Below, in pieces: positions 1 to 9,482 of a DNA stretch of 64,000 bases. The number at the start of each line of letters is the position of its first letter. Within the stretch, counting starts at the first letter, position 1. The stretch lies in IMG/VR virus record IMGVR_UViG_3300034012_003212, positions 1 through 64,000 of that record; one strand, 5' to 3'. The position numbers and the translations under genes are program-made. The notes below the pieces were generated by a model. It did no database searches, was not told the DNA's origin, and saw only the letters and a program-made list of their open reading frames with translations.

Positions 1-207
1 TCAAGGTCTTCAGGGATTGCAGGGAACTCAAGGAACTCAAGGAACCCAAGGTCTTCAGGGTCTTCAGGGTCTTCAGGGTCTTCAAGGTCTTCAGGGATTG
101 CAGGGAACTCAAGGAACTCAAGGAACCCAAGGTCTTCAGGGTCTTCAGGGTCTTCAGGGTCTTCAAGGTCTTCAGGGATTGCAGGGAACTCAAGGAACTC
201 AAGGAAC
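1..207 (+). repeat. Perfect 81-bp tandem repeat (about 2.5 copies) within collagen coding region
   Basis: Identical sequence restarts at 1, 82 and 163; the first mismatch is at 208. Confidence 0.9.
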
Positions 208-1474
208 TCAAGGTCTTCAGGGATTGCAGGGAACTCAAGGAACTCAGGGGGTTCAGGGATTGCAGGGTCTTCAGGGCTCTAGAGGAAGACTTAATGGATG
301 CTCAAGATTTAGATTTGAGACTTCCGTTGATCTTTCCGGAGATATGGAAACATCCAATGGTTCGTTTGATGGCTCAACGACTTCTGTAACTTTATGGGAT
401 GTTGATTACGACGGAAATAATATTGATGTTGAATTGTCGTTGCTGACGGTGGGTTCTTATATATCTGTTTCGTCTGGTGGCAATGGCCCAGTAACATACA
501 AAATAACATCTTCCACTAAATCAGGAAGTTTGTACACTTTCGGCGTTACTTATGTTTCTGGAACAACATACAGCCCTTCTCCTGGAACAATAGTGAATGT
601 GTGTTGGTTCTATTTAGGGCCTCAAGGATTACAAGGATTACAAGGATTACAGGGGATTCAGGGGAATCAAGGACCAATAGGATCAGGAACCCAGGGACTT
701 CAAGGACTTCAAGGACTTCAGGGGGCAAGAGGAACGCAAGGAGCAGAAGGAACTCAAGGCCTTCAGGGACTTCAGGGATTACAGGGTCTTCAAGGACCCC
801 AAGGAGTTCAGGGATTCACAGGCCCGCAGGGTCCTTCTAATGGAGGCGGCCCAGGAGGAGAGGGTGCACAGGGACCACAAGGTCTTCAGGGTTTTCAGGG
901 CCTTCAAGGTTTTCAGGGCGTTGCCGGTCTCAATGGTTCAGGAACACAGGGTGTGCAAGGCGTTCAAGGAACTGCACAGAGCAACATGATTGTCCTTGCT
1001 GCAAGTGGGGGTATACCTTCAGGAACTGATGGTGCTATAGGACCGTTACAAACAGAAACCCCGACAAATAAACAGAACTATGTGACACTAGAATTCATAG
1101 ATGACACCAAGAAACACTATGCACAATGGAGTGTGTTCATGCCCCCTCAGTATTCAGGAGGAACCGTGACTGCTAAGTTTGTATGGTATGCTGCATCGTC
1201 ATCAACAAACTCAGTGGTTTGGGGCTGCCAGGCGTATGCATTTGGAGATATGGTGAATTACGATCAATCATGGGGGACTGCGCAGGAAGTTACCGATGCG
1301 CATAGTAGCACAGCAAATGATGTACAAATATCTTCTGCTACAAGTGCAATAACTATAGGAGGCTCCCCTGGTGCAAATAAAATGGTGCAATTTAGAGTGT
1401 ATCGAGACCCATCCAACGGAAGCGATACGCTAGCACAGACAGCTTCATTGTTAATGGTAATAATAGAATACTAA
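1..1474 (+). CDS. Collagen-like (G-X-Q repeat) virion fibre protein, 5' truncated by window edge
   Basis: Frame is open from base 2. Long GTQ/GLQ triplet runs are interrupted by a globular segment and end in a beta-rich C-terminal domain. Confidence 0.85.
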   Translation, partial: QGLQGLQGTQGTQGTQGLQGLQGLQGLQGLQGLQGTQGTQGTQGLQGLQGLQGLQGLQGLQGTQGTQGTQGLQGLQGTQGTQGVQGLQGLQGSRGRLNGCSRFRFETSVDLSGDMETSNGSFDGSTTSVTLWDVDYDGNNIDVELSLLTVGSYISVSSGGNGPVTYKITSSTKSGSLYTFGVTYVSGTTYSPSPGTIVNVCWFYLGPQGLQGLQGLQGIQGNQGPIGSGTQGLQGLQGLQGARGTQGAEGTQGLQGLQGLQGLQGPQGVQGFTGPQGPSNGGGPGGEGAQGPQGLQGFQGLQGFQGVAGLNGSGTQGVQGVQGTAQSNMIVLAASGGIPSGTDGAIGPLQTETPTNKQNYVTLEFIDDTKKHYAQWSVFMPPQYSGGTVTAKFVWYAASSSTNSVVWGCQAYAFGDMVNYDQSWGTAQEVTDAHSSTANDVQISSATSAITIGGSPGANKMVQFRVYRDPSNGSDTLAQTASLLMVIIEY

Positions 1475-1475
1475 A

Positions 1476-2174
1476 ATGACGTTTAATTCATTAACAAGTT
1501 TTATTGATCAAGGTTCATACCTTAACTATACAACGAATACATTTTACCCGACAGCAGGAAGAATAATGTTTGCGTTTATAGTTGTCTCCAATAATGATGA
1601 TACCCTTGATTCTGTAACAGGATCACAATATACATGGGAAAAAGTAACATCCATACAATTTACCGGAGACGGAGGCGGGGGTTATGGATATTCAGGGTTA
1701 AATCTCTATTGGGCATATTGCGATTCTGGAAATAGTGACACTTTAAGCGTACAATGTCCTGGATCCTCAAACCCGAACACATGCATGATTTCTGTTTTTG
1801 AGATAGCTTCATCGTTTGGAAAGAATTGTTTTACTCCAAGGCAGATAACCTCAAATAAAACTAATGGTACAATTTTCCAGACAACATTCAATGCTAGCAA
1901 ATTAGAATCCAATGGTGCTTTTACGTTTGTAGCAGCGATTGATAAATTGACAACAAGCACAGCACCTACAAGTTATTCAGTCCTTGATACTATATCAGGA
2001 GGCACTCCGTTTGACTGCGGGGCGAGATTGGGGGTGATTGGATCAGGCACCAGTGGAACAAACGTACAATGGGGGGCGAATGATAGTTCTGTTGAATACG
2101 GGATGATAACAGTGGAGGTTTGGAATCCTCATACTGTTACAGGAACTGCCTACAGTTCTCCTATGGCATATTAA
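1476..2174 (+). CDS. Hypothetical S/T/G-rich virion or fibre-associated protein
   Basis: 232-aa ORF starting 1 nt after the collagen gene; beta-strand-rich composition. Confidence 0.6.
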   Translation: MTFNSLTSFIDQGSYLNYTTNTFYPTAGRIMFAFIVVSNNDDTLDSVTGSQYTWEKVTSIQFTGDGGGGYGYSGLNLYWAYCDSGNSDTLSVQCPGSSNPNTCMISVFEIASSFGKNCFTPRQITSNKTNGTIFQTTFNASKLESNGAFTFVAAIDKLTTSTAPTSYSVLDTISGGTPFDCGARLGVIGSGTSGTNVQWGANDSSVEYGMITVEVWNPHTVTGTAYSSPMAY

Positions 2175-2189
2175 AAAAAAAGAAGGTGG

Positions 2190-2200
2190 GATATATATAA
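2190..2200 (+). promoter_or_regulatory. Candidate phage late-promoter motif (ATATATA)
   Basis: GATATATATAA 23 nt before the ATG at 2224; the motif recurs before several other genes. Confidence 0.4.
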
Positions 2201-2223
2201 AGAACAAAAATTATCGGATATTT

Positions 2224-2610
2224 ATGATTTACATCGAAAAAGTAGTACAGCGTTTTTTACAGACAAGAGACCAGGCACACTCACTGCACTGGACAACAAA
2301 GAGTTACGCGGCACACAAAGCACTAGGAGATTTTTATGATTCTCTTCTCGACGGAATCGATAATTTCATAGAAGCATACAGCGGAAAGCATCCTGAAGCT
2401 TTCTCACAGAAAGCAAAAATCCCCGTGAGCATATCAATAGAACCTAACGCATCGCCCGATGGAATGATGTCATATTTCATGGATTTCAATAAATTCCTCG
2501 AAACTCTTTGTGCTGATCTCGTAGAGAACGGAGACGGAGACTTAGAGCATCTTGTGCTCGACCTTAAGAACGACACAAATAAGCTCCTCTACCTCTTACG
2601 TTTAAAATAA
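2224..2610 (+). CDS. Ferritin/Dps-like four-helix protein (DUF5856-like)
   Basis: QAHSLHW..KSYAAHKALGDFYD..D.FIEAY motif typical of phage ferritin-like proteins. Confidence 0.7.
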   Translation: MIYIEKVVQRFLQTRDQAHSLHWTTKSYAAHKALGDFYDSLLDGIDNFIEAYSGKHPEAFSQKAKIPVSISIEPNASPDGMMSYFMDFNKFLETLCADLVENGDGDLEHLVLDLKNDTNKLLYLLRLK

Positions 2611-2637
2611 GAGAACAATCACAAACAAACAAAATTT

Positions 2638-2832
2638 ATGAATCCTGAAATAAAGACAAAAAACGGCTCCGATAAATCATATGATAGCAGCGAAACCATC
2701 GCTAAATCAGAAGAAATTGAAAACACATCGGCATGTTATTTGAAGGTTATAGAAGAGATATGCAATCTCAAAGACCGTATGAAAGTGGGAAGGTCTAGTA
2801 CAAAGAAAGCAAAATTTAAGTGGGTGTACTAA
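2638..2832 (+). CDS. Hypothetical protein
   Basis: 64-aa ORF with AT-rich leader. Confidence 0.45.
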   Translation: MNPEIKTKNGSDKSYDSSETIAKSEEIENTSACYLKVIEEICNLKDRMKVGRSSTKKAKFKWVY

Positions 2833-3026
2833 CGACGTTTTTTTCGTTGTTTTTTCTTCTTACGCTGTCTCCAGGTCATAAAATCCATCAGATTAGGCCA
2901 AACATCCCCGCTACCCCTCTGCTCAGCAGAGGGTAGCACAACATCCCCCATTCCAGGAGTATCCTGCGGTGTAGCAAACCCCTGCGCATCCGCAGAGACT
3001 GCCCCTTCGTTCTCGTTTGTTTTCAT
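2829..3026 (-). CDS. Small hypothetical protein (TPGMG..V.P...GSGD motif, basic tail)
   Basis: Start reassigned to ATG 3026, which follows a GATATATA motif (3031-3038, minus strand). Confidence 0.55.
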   Translation of the reverse strand: MKTNENEGAVSADAQGFATPQDTPGMGDVVLPSAEQRGSGDVWPNLMDFMTWRQRKKKKQRKKRR

Positions 3027-3053
3027 ACTGTATATATCAAAAAATTTTATGAG

Positions 3054-3710
3054 ATGAAGAAAAGTGTTATTTTGAGTCCTATGATCATTAGATTGTTTAT
3101 CTTTTTGTGCCTCTTCTTTTCGGCGCATGCGAAAGAATGGGTCTATTTCGTTTCCCCGGATGACGTGTCTATCGTGATGTCAAAAAGGGCCATGACATCG
3201 AAGGAATGGAAAAAAACAGGACACAGCAATTTCGTGAACCTCTGTTTTTTTGAATCCCGGAATGTCGTCGGCACTCTCATCATAAACGGAAAGCACCAGG
3301 GAAGAACAAGGTCAAAGTGGCCATTCTTCTCCATCAGGCCTACTGCAGGAGAACTTCTGAAGTGTGTAAACGTGATCGACGGATTCTCCGGCAGCCACGA
3401 GCTTGTTGTCGATTATACTGCCACCAGATTCAAGAATACTAAGTTCTCGCGAAGGAGATGCCAAAGAACCTGCATCGGGGTGAATTCTCAAGGATGTATT
3501 GTGATATTCGTGAGCACGGGGATAAACCTCAACGATGCAGCAAAGAGGATGCAGGAAATAGGCTGTTCGTACGCAGTGAACGCAGACGGCGGATCTTCAA
3601 CGATGCTCACAAAATCAGGAAAACATCTCTGCAACACGAGTAGAAAGGTCCCTGTTATACTGAGCTGGAAGGAAACAAACAAAACCGAATATGTGGTTCC
3701 TATTCGTTAA
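3054..3710 (+). CDS. Phosphodiester glycosidase (NAGPA/DUF2233-like), probably exported
   Basis: AVNADGGSST resembles the family NLDGGGS motif; RTCIG motif; hydrophobic N-terminal signal-like segment (possible start 3081). Confidence 0.7.
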   Translation: MKKSVILSPMIIRLFIFLCLFFSAHAKEWVYFVSPDDVSIVMSKRAMTSKEWKKTGHSNFVNLCFFESRNVVGTLIINGKHQGRTRSKWPFFSIRPTAGELLKCVNVIDGFSGSHELVVDYTATRFKNTKFSRRRCQRTCIGVNSQGCIVIFVSTGINLNDAAKRMQEIGCSYAVNADGGSSTMLTKSGKHLCNTSRKVPVILSWKETNKTEYVVPIR

Positions 3711-3940
3711 GTATTGGTATGTCATAGAAATTCGGGTGCTCCATAGAAACATGCACCCAAAATCCCTTCTTTTTAAAGTCGACATCGACATCCACCCTGG
3801 ACGTTATCACACGCCGAAGTTTGAGTTCATTTTTAGCATATCGCAGTTAACAATCTTTTCACTGTATGTGTATAATAGACGAAACGAAAGGTCTGTGTTC
3901 GACTTTGACGATGAATTTGATTCAGAAGATGTAATCCGTT

Positions 3941-3984
3941 GAAAAAAATATTTTTTTCTTCGTGCTCGATTGTTTATATTTGCA
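3941..3984 (+). promoter_or_regulatory. Bacteroidota-type sigma70 promoter with upstream A7-TA-T7 palindrome
   Basis: GAAAAAAATATTTTTTTC at 3941-3958, then TATATTTG at 3975-3982 (TAnnTTTG -7 consensus). Confidence 0.7.
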
Positions 3985-4004
3985 CAACAACAAGGAGAAA
4001 CGGT

Positions 4005-4541
4005 ATGAACATCTTTGCGATAGATTCGGATCCTCTGATGGCAGCTTCATGGTTGGTAGACAAGCACGTTGTGAAAATGCCAGTCGAATATGCCCAGATG
4101 TTATGTACTGCGCATTGGGTTTCCGCTGGTATATCCAAAAGGAAATCCGTGGGTGAAAACGATGCCGATGGAATATTTAGGAATTTCCCTGATGGATGTA
4201 GTCCGTATCTACCCACACACGTGAACCATCCAAGTTCCGCGTGGGCCAGAGAAACGTTGGGGAATTACATGTGGCTCGCGGCTCACGCAAAGGCCACATG
4301 CAAGGAGTACACACGAAGGTACAAAAGAATCCATGCATCTGAGGCTGTCATAGATTGGTGTGCAACAAACATACCAACTGTTTGCGGAAATGACGTGCAC
4401 ATAACTCCGTTTAAACTCGCAATGCCAATTGAATTCAAGATCGACGAAGATCGGATAGAATCATATAGAAACTACTATCGGTATGCAAAAACCCATATAC
4501 ATTCATGGAAGATACCAGAATGCAAACCGAATTGGATCTAA
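4005..4541 (+). CDS. Pyrimidine-dimer DNA glycosylase / endonuclease V-like family protein
   Basis: MNIFAIDSDP..A...DKHVVKMP.EYAQMLCTAH and HVNHPSS.W motifs; AGGAG at 3993-3997 supports start 4005. Confidence 0.7.
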   Translation: MNIFAIDSDPLMAASWLVDKHVVKMPVEYAQMLCTAHWVSAGISKRKSVGENDADGIFRNFPDGCSPYLPTHVNHPSSAWARETLGNYMWLAAHAKATCKEYTRRYKRIHASEAVIDWCATNIPTVCGNDVHITPFKLAMPIEFKIDEDRIESYRNYYRYAKTHIHSWKIPECKPNWI

Positions 4542-4562
4542 TCACTTACACAGGAAATACAT

Positions 4563-4823
4563 ATGTTTAACGTTCGATACAAGAACTATACAGATCAAAC
4601 TCCCTCAGGGGATATAAGCATGAACATGGAATGGAAGCCGTTTGTTGCAACAGACGGTTACGACCAAAACAAATACTACATGGTCTGGTCTGACAATTCG
4701 TTTTCACTCCACAGAGGGACTTCTGACGTGCAGGAAAAAAACATAATCTGCGAGGGGGATGTTTACATTGCAGAAGTGACATGCCCTCAGGTACACCGTT
4801 TCCCACTTGCAGCAGGCTGCTAA
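4563..4823 (+). CDS. Hypothetical protein
   Basis: 86-aa ORF inside a co-directional cluster. Confidence 0.55.
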   Translation: MFNVRYKNYTDQTPSGDISMNMEWKPFVATDGYDQNKYYMVWSDNSFSLHRGTSDVQEKNIICEGDVYIAEVTCPQVHRFPLAAGC

Positions 4824-4835
4824 TCAAAGGAACAC

Positions 4836-5987
4836 ATGCAAACAACTCAATACTACGATGAATTTCTACGTTACTTCCAGTTGGCGCAAAAACAGCAGGA
4901 ACTGTGTAATTTAGGATCCGTCCCTCATCAGGAGAGTGATATCGGAGACGATCTCATGCACAACGTAGAACTGTATGATGTCGTCGAGAGAAAGTACGCC
5001 GGATTTTCACAGATAGTCAACGATGTGTTCTACGGATGGTCTGAAGAACACCCGTACTGGGAAAAAATGAAAAACGGTCTTATCACAAAACAGAGATCAA
5101 GGGTATCGAAGAATTGGACCGGGAAGCAATCTGATTTTTCATTGCCTGAATGGCTCTACCTGTTCCTTCTTCACAGGATAACAGGGTCTGCTATAAATTA
5201 CGCAACCAAACCTTCCGGGTATCATAACACACTTTTGTTCTATCTGCATGAATCAAGATCTATAGAAGATATGATCGGCCATGTAAACCGCCACAATGAG
5301 CCGTTCTACACTTCAATAGGATACCAGTTTCCCAGTTTTCCAAAACCACCAAGAGGGTCAATATATCGCAGGGGCGGTGATTATTACCTATCGGAATACG
5401 CCCCGAAACTCATAAGAGAACTATCGGATTGGCTCGAACAAGGAGGCAAACGAGATTTGAGAGAAATAGGACAATGGATGTTCGATTGGAACACTAGAAA
5501 CGGTCTGAGGGTTTACAGATTTCAGTACGCCGCATTCGTGGCCGATATAGCGGACTGGTACCCCAAATATGCGAACAGGGAATCGATGTTCTACTACGGA
5601 ACGAACGCAAGAGAGTGTTTATCATATCTCACCGAGGATAGAAAGAACAAAAAGGATGAGCACCTGGATTCCATAATGATGAAGATATATGAGGACACTG
5701 GATCTTTTCCGTACAATGCAGAAGACGTAGCGTGTGATTTCATACGTTGGGTGGAAAACTACATAAGACCCGGAGCGGACTATGACCATCTTGACCTCGA
5801 TGGGTTGTGGTCATCCTGCAGAATAAAAGACCATCCATACGGAAGACAAAAGGCGATGGTCGATCTAGGGCTCGTTGAGACCTTCAATGGCATCAGCTCA
5901 CATCCGTCGGATGACTATATTTTAAGAAAAAACAACATATCAGAAGAACAATACAAACACATGGTAAGAAAACATTATGCCTCATAA
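4836..5987 (+). CDS. Putative DNA base-hypermodification protein (aGPT-Pplase / amino acid:DNA transferase-like)
   Basis: 383-aa ORF overlapping a PLP enzyme gene. Family assignment is from recalled similarity to phage hypermodification loci and is not verified. Confidence 0.4.
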   Translation: MQTTQYYDEFLRYFQLAQKQQELCNLGSVPHQESDIGDDLMHNVELYDVVERKYAGFSQIVNDVFYGWSEEHPYWEKMKNGLITKQRSRVSKNWTGKQSDFSLPEWLYLFLLHRITGSAINYATKPSGYHNTLLFYLHESRSIEDMIGHVNRHNEPFYTSIGYQFPSFPKPPRGSIYRRGGDYYLSEYAPKLIRELSDWLEQGGKRDLREIGQWMFDWNTRNGLRVYRFQYAAFVADIADWYPKYANRESMFYYGTNARECLSYLTEDRKNKKDEHLDSIMMKIYEDTGSFPYNAEDVACDFIRWVENYIRPGADYDHLDLDGLWSSCRIKDHPYGRQKAMVDLGLVETFNGISSHPSDDYILRKNNISEEQYKHMVRKHYAS

Positions 5988-6849
5988 TAATCATACGATC
6001 GATGGTAAAAACATGGACATTGGTCTTTTGTCAAAAGAGGAGGCAAAGGATTACTACCTTTCTCTGTGCGAAGGCTGGGAGCCATATAATCCAGACCCTG
6101 TTGTCGTTGAACACAATGGCGTGAGGGTTGTTCGAGACGATGTCATAGTTGGAACAAAGACCCGAGCTGGTGATCTTTTGGCGTCAAAATTAGAATCAGA
6201 AACCATAGTATACTGCCAACCAAGAACAGGCCTGGCCGGAGTTTCTCTATTGGACGTTGCAAAAAACAGAGGAAAAAAGGTTGTGCTATTTATGCCAGCA
6301 TCCAAGAGGATCTCTCTTCACCAGGCATGTTGTATAGAACAAGGTGCTGAACCCATTTTCAAAAGAATAGCAGCGATGCCGAATCTCAATATCGCGGCAA
6401 AACAGTATGCAATCGATAACAAATTCGCATTCGTCCCGCTCGGTTTAAAGCATGAGTATGCAACAGCTGGTATAGTATACGCAGCAAGCAAGATAAAAGA
6501 ACCCGAAGATGTTTATGTGGCCGTGTCGACTGGCGTGTTATGCAGAGCGTTGCAGATCGCGTGGCCGAATGCAAAATTCCATCTCGTTGCAGTGGCAAGA
6601 AACCTGAAGGCTGGTGAAGCTGGGTGCAACGTCTCTGAAGTTATTTCAGAACCCCTTGAATTCCAGACGCCGGAAAAAAAGGAGAATCTACCCCCATTTC
6701 CTACTGTTTCTACCTATGACGGAAAGGTTTGGAAATACGTTCCCAAAAACTCAGGAAGGGACGTACTCATGTGGAATGTGGGCACGGATCCAGTTCTCCG
6801 AAATGAAAGCATATACGATGAGATAAAATCCCAGAGGGATTGGAGATAA
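5977..6849 (+). CDS. PLP-dependent enzyme, fold type II (TrpB/cysteine synthase-like)
   Basis: VRDD...GTKTR with candidate PLP lysine, G..GVS, and VAVSTGVL phosphate-binding loop. Confidence 0.7.
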   Translation: MPHNNHTIDGKNMDIGLLSKEEAKDYYLSLCEGWEPYNPDPVVVEHNGVRVVRDDVIVGTKTRAGDLLASKLESETIVYCQPRTGLAGVSLLDVAKNRGKKVVLFMPASKRISLHQACCIEQGAEPIFKRIAAMPNLNIAAKQYAIDNKFAFVPLGLKHEYATAGIVYAASKIKEPEDVYVAVSTGVLCRALQIAWPNAKFHLVAVARNLKAGEAGCNVSEVISEPLEFQTPEKKENLPPFPTVSTYDGKVWKYVPKNSGRDVLMWNVGTDPVLRNESIYDEIKSQRDWR

Positions 6850-6885
6850 TAGAAATACATCAAAAAAACCAAGCCGAAAACGTTT

Positions 6886-7038
6886 ATGGATCAGATAGCA
6901 TACATCGTCGGATACTTTTGCTTAGGTTATACTATAACTTCTCTCATGTTTGCTGTATGCATACGGCATTCGCTCACTCCAAGGAAAAAATTCAGGAGAA
7001 AACAGAAGCCATACAACAGAGATGGGATGATACATTGA
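6886..7038 (+). CDS. Small membrane protein (50 aa)
   Basis: Hand translation MDQIAYIVGYFCLGYYITSLMFAVCIRH...; hydrophobic helix then basic tail; below ORF-track cutoff. Confidence 0.35.
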   Translation: MDQIAYIVGYFCLGYTITSLMFAVCIRHSLTPRKKFRRKQKPYNRDGMIH

Positions 7039-7110
7039 TCGAGCATACCTCCCAACCAAACACCTCCTCGTAAGACAACACACCCCCAGAAAAAAAACAT
7101 CTGCATTTTT

Positions 7111-7149
7111 CAAATTTTTTTTTCACACATCCAAAATTTGTTATTTTTG
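7111..7149 (+). promoter_or_regulatory. Bacteroidota-type promoter, candidate driver of array block 1
   Basis: A/T tract at 7112-7123, then TATTTTTG at 7142-7149. Confidence 0.55.
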
Positions 7150-7178
7150 TAACGAATATTTCAACAACTTTTCAAGGA

Positions 7179-7466
7179 GTGCCAGAAATGGAACAAGTTA
7201 GAAAAGGTGCGTTTGATTGGTCAAAGCACCCATCAGTGTCGGGTCGTATGGTGTTCATTGCAAACCCAAACGAGTTTGCAACATTCGGAGATGATACGTC
7301 AAAGGAAGAATTTGTGCACATGCTTCGTAGGCACAATATCGAAAAGGAATTTGATTTCAAAAAGCAATTTTTGAAGTATTGGGCTCTTGTTATTGCAGGA
7401 GTTCTACCTTGGGCGTTCTTGATAATCAGAGCTCTGTTTGACGCGTATAATGTGTTTAAATCCTAA
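7179..7466 (+). CDS. Hypothetical protein with C-terminal transmembrane helix
   Basis: 95-aa ORF (alternative start 7188); WALVIAGVLPWAFLIIRAL. Confidence 0.6.
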   Translation: MPEMEQVRKGAFDWSKHPSVSGRMVFIANPNEFATFGDDTSKEEFVHMLRRHNIEKEFDFKKQFLKYWALVIAGVLPWAFLIIRALFDAYNVFKS

Positions 7467-7688
7467 TTCACTAACATTACAAGTACCATAAATGGCAACA
7501 GCACTTTCATTTTTTCTCATGATCCTTGTTTGCGAAATAGTGATATACGGATCATACAGGTTGGTCGTGGCCATCATCGATTTTATACACAAACATCAGT
7601 AGCATTTGCTGCTATAAACCTCGATTGTGTGAATTACGGTGATACACCTAACCCGTGCGTATTTCTATTTATACTAACAACAGAATCC

Positions 7689-7886
7689 ATGGACTTAGAG
7701 AATGCTAATGTTAAGATTTTTAACTTCTTGCGCACCTCTGTGTGTAACTCCGTGTATGACTCCATATGGGACCCCAGAAGGGACTCCACATGGGACTCCG
7801 TATGGGACTCCTTGAGGAATCCCGTGTTGGACTCCGTTGTTATTAGATTACAGGAACCCATAAGAGAAGAAAGGAAACGAGGATGA
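7689..7886 (+). CDS. SVxx array unit 1 (65 aa)
   Basis: MDLENA head; start reassigned from 7530. Confidence 0.7.
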   Translation: MDLENANVKIFNFLRTSVCNSVYDSIWDPRRDSTWDSVWDSLRNPVLDSVVIRLQEPIREERKRG

Positions 7887-8086
7887 ACTTAAAGAATATT
7901 GATATTAAGATTGGTAGGTCCATGCGGATCTCCGTGGAAAAATCCGCGTGGAACTACGTGTTGGACTCCGTGAGGCACTCCGAGTGGAATTCCGTGTGGT
8001 GGTCCGTGAGTTACTACGTGGAGAATTCCGCGTTGGACTCCGTGAATGATGGACTACAAAGACTCATAAGACAAGAAAGGAAATAA
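7883..8086 (+). CDS. SVxx array unit 2 (67 aa)
   Basis: MNL head, SVxx core, ATGA overlap. Confidence 0.75.
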   Translation: MNLKNIDIKIGRSMRISVEKSAWNYVLDSVRHSEWNSVWWSVSYYVENSALDSVNDGLQRLIRQERK

Positions 8087-8088
8087 GG

Positions 8089-8283
8089 ATGAACTTAGAG
8101 AATGTTAACTATAAGATCTGTGATTCTGCGTATGTATCCTCGTGGAACTCTGTGAGGGGCTCTGTGGTGGTCTCCGTGTGGAACTCTGTGAGTAACTCCG
8201 TGAGTAACTCCGTGAATGATAGACTACAAGAACCCATAAGAGAAGAAAGAGGAAGCGAAGATGAACTTAGAGAATGTTGGTAA
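8089..8283 (+). CDS. SVxx array unit 3 (64 aa, shifted tail)
   Basis: Tail runs 23 nt into unit 4. Confidence 0.7.
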   Translation: MNLENVNYKICDSAYVSSWNSVRGSVVVSVWNSVSNSVSNSVNDRLQEPIREERGSEDELRECW

Positions 8284-8455
8284 AAATATAGAATTCGCAT
8301 CGATCTCCATGGAAAACTTCGCGTTGGGCTCCGTATGGGACTCCTCTATGTACTACTCCATATGTGACTCTGTGAATTTCTTCGTGGAAAACTCAGTGGA
8401 AAACTCAGTGAATTTTAGACTACAGCAACCCATAAGACAAAAAAAACAGGGATGA
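8261..8455 (+). CDS. SVxx array unit 4 (64 aa)
   Basis: Head, core and tail present. Confidence 0.75.
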   Translation: MNLENVGKNIEFASISMENFALGSVWDSSMYYSICDSVNFFVENSVENSVNFRLQQPIRQKKQG

Positions 8456-8646
8456 ACTTAAAGGATGTTGAAGATAAGATTGAGGAGTCTGTGTCATACC
8501 CGTTGCACTCCGTGAGGGACTCCGTGAGGAATTCCATTAGCAACTCCATATGGCCCTCCAATTGGTACTCCGTGTGGAACTCCGTGGGGGGCTCTGTGAA
8601 TATTGGACTAAAAGGATCCATAAGAAAAGAAAGGAAACGAGGATGA
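8452..8646 (+). CDS. SVxx array unit 5 (64 aa)
   Basis: Head, core and tail; ATGA overlap. Confidence 0.75.
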   Translation: MNLKDVEDKIEESVSYPLHSVRDSVRNSISNSIWPSNWYSVWNSVGGSVNIGLKGSIRKERKRG

Positions 8647-8855
8647 ACTTAGAGAATGTTGGTAGGAAGATTTGGGATTACCCTAGGTCAGACTATATGT
8701 TGAACGATGTGTTTGATTGTGTGTATGGATCCGCCTTTACCTTCGCGCGGGACTCCGCGTCCGGTTTCGGGAGGGACTCTGTGTTTGAACCCGCGTGGGA
8801 ATCCGTGTATTATGGAGTGCAAGAACCCATAAGACAAGAATGGGAACAAGAATGA
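8643..8855 (+). CDS. SVxx array unit 6 (70 aa)
   Basis: Internal start of track ORF 8550-8855. Confidence 0.75.
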   Translation: MNLENVGRKIWDYPRSDYMLNDVFDCVYGSAFTFARDSASGFGRDSVFEPAWESVYYGVQEPIRQEWEQE

Positions 8856-9061
8856 ACTTAGAGAATGTTGATAATAAGATTGGTAAGTCCGTGGAGAACT
8901 CCGTTTTGGGCTCCGTGTGGAACTCCGTGTGGAACTCAATGGAGGACTCTGCGGGGAACTCCGTATGGTGCTTTGTGGGGGACTCTGTGGAGGACTCTGT
9001 GCAGAATGGACTACAAGAATCCATAAGAGAAGAGAGAAAACGAAAGAGGAAACGAGGATGA
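8852..9061 (+). CDS. SVxx array unit 7 (69 aa)
   Basis: Identical to unit 21. Confidence 0.75.
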   Translation: MNLENVDNKIGKSVENSVLGSVWNSVWNSMEDSAGNSVWCFVGDSVEDSVQNGLQESIREERKRKRKRG

Positions 9062-9267
9062 ACTTAGAGAATGTTAATTATAAGATCTGTGATTCTGCGT
9101 ATGTATACTCGTGGAGCTCCGTGAGGGACTCTGCGTGGAACTCTGTGATGGACTCCGTGTGGGGGGTGGTGTGGGCATCCGTGGATCATCCCATGAGTAA
9201 CTCCGTGGGGGACTCTGTGGATTTTGGACTACAAAGACCCATACGAGAAGAAAGGAGTCAGGGATGA
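9058..9267 (+). CDS. SVxx array unit 8 (69 aa)
   Basis: 5' part nearly identical to unit 3. Confidence 0.75.
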   Translation: MNLENVNYKICDSAYVYSWSSVRDSAWNSVMDSVWGVVWASVDHPMSNSVGDSVDFGLQRPIREERSQG

Positions 9268-9482
9268 ACTTAGAGAATGTTGGATATATGAGTGTGAATT
9301 ATGTGAGTGACTTGGTGAGTTTATCCATGAGAGACTCCGCGTGGAACTCCGTGTGGGACTTTTTGAGGGACTCCGTGGGGAACTCTGTGAGGGACTCTGT
9401 GGTGGTCTCCGTGTGGAACCCCGTGTGGGACTCCGTGAATATTGGACTACAAGAACCCATAAGAGAAGAAAGGGGCCGGTAA
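9264..9482 (+). CDS. SVxx array unit 9 (72 aa)
   Basis: TAA stop abuts the next ATG. Confidence 0.75.
   Translation: MNLENVGYMSVNYVSDLVSLSMRDSAWNSVWDFLRDSVGNSVRDSVVVSVWNPVWDSVNIGLQEPIREERGR

Noticed and set aside
3939-4004. Upstream TTG start of the glycosylase ORF
   Set aside because: It overlaps the promoter elements; the family N-terminus (MNIF) and an AGGAG point to 4005.
7530-7688. N-terminal extension of unit 1 in the ORF track
   Set aside because: The paralogous head starts at ATG 7689, and no other unit has an extension.
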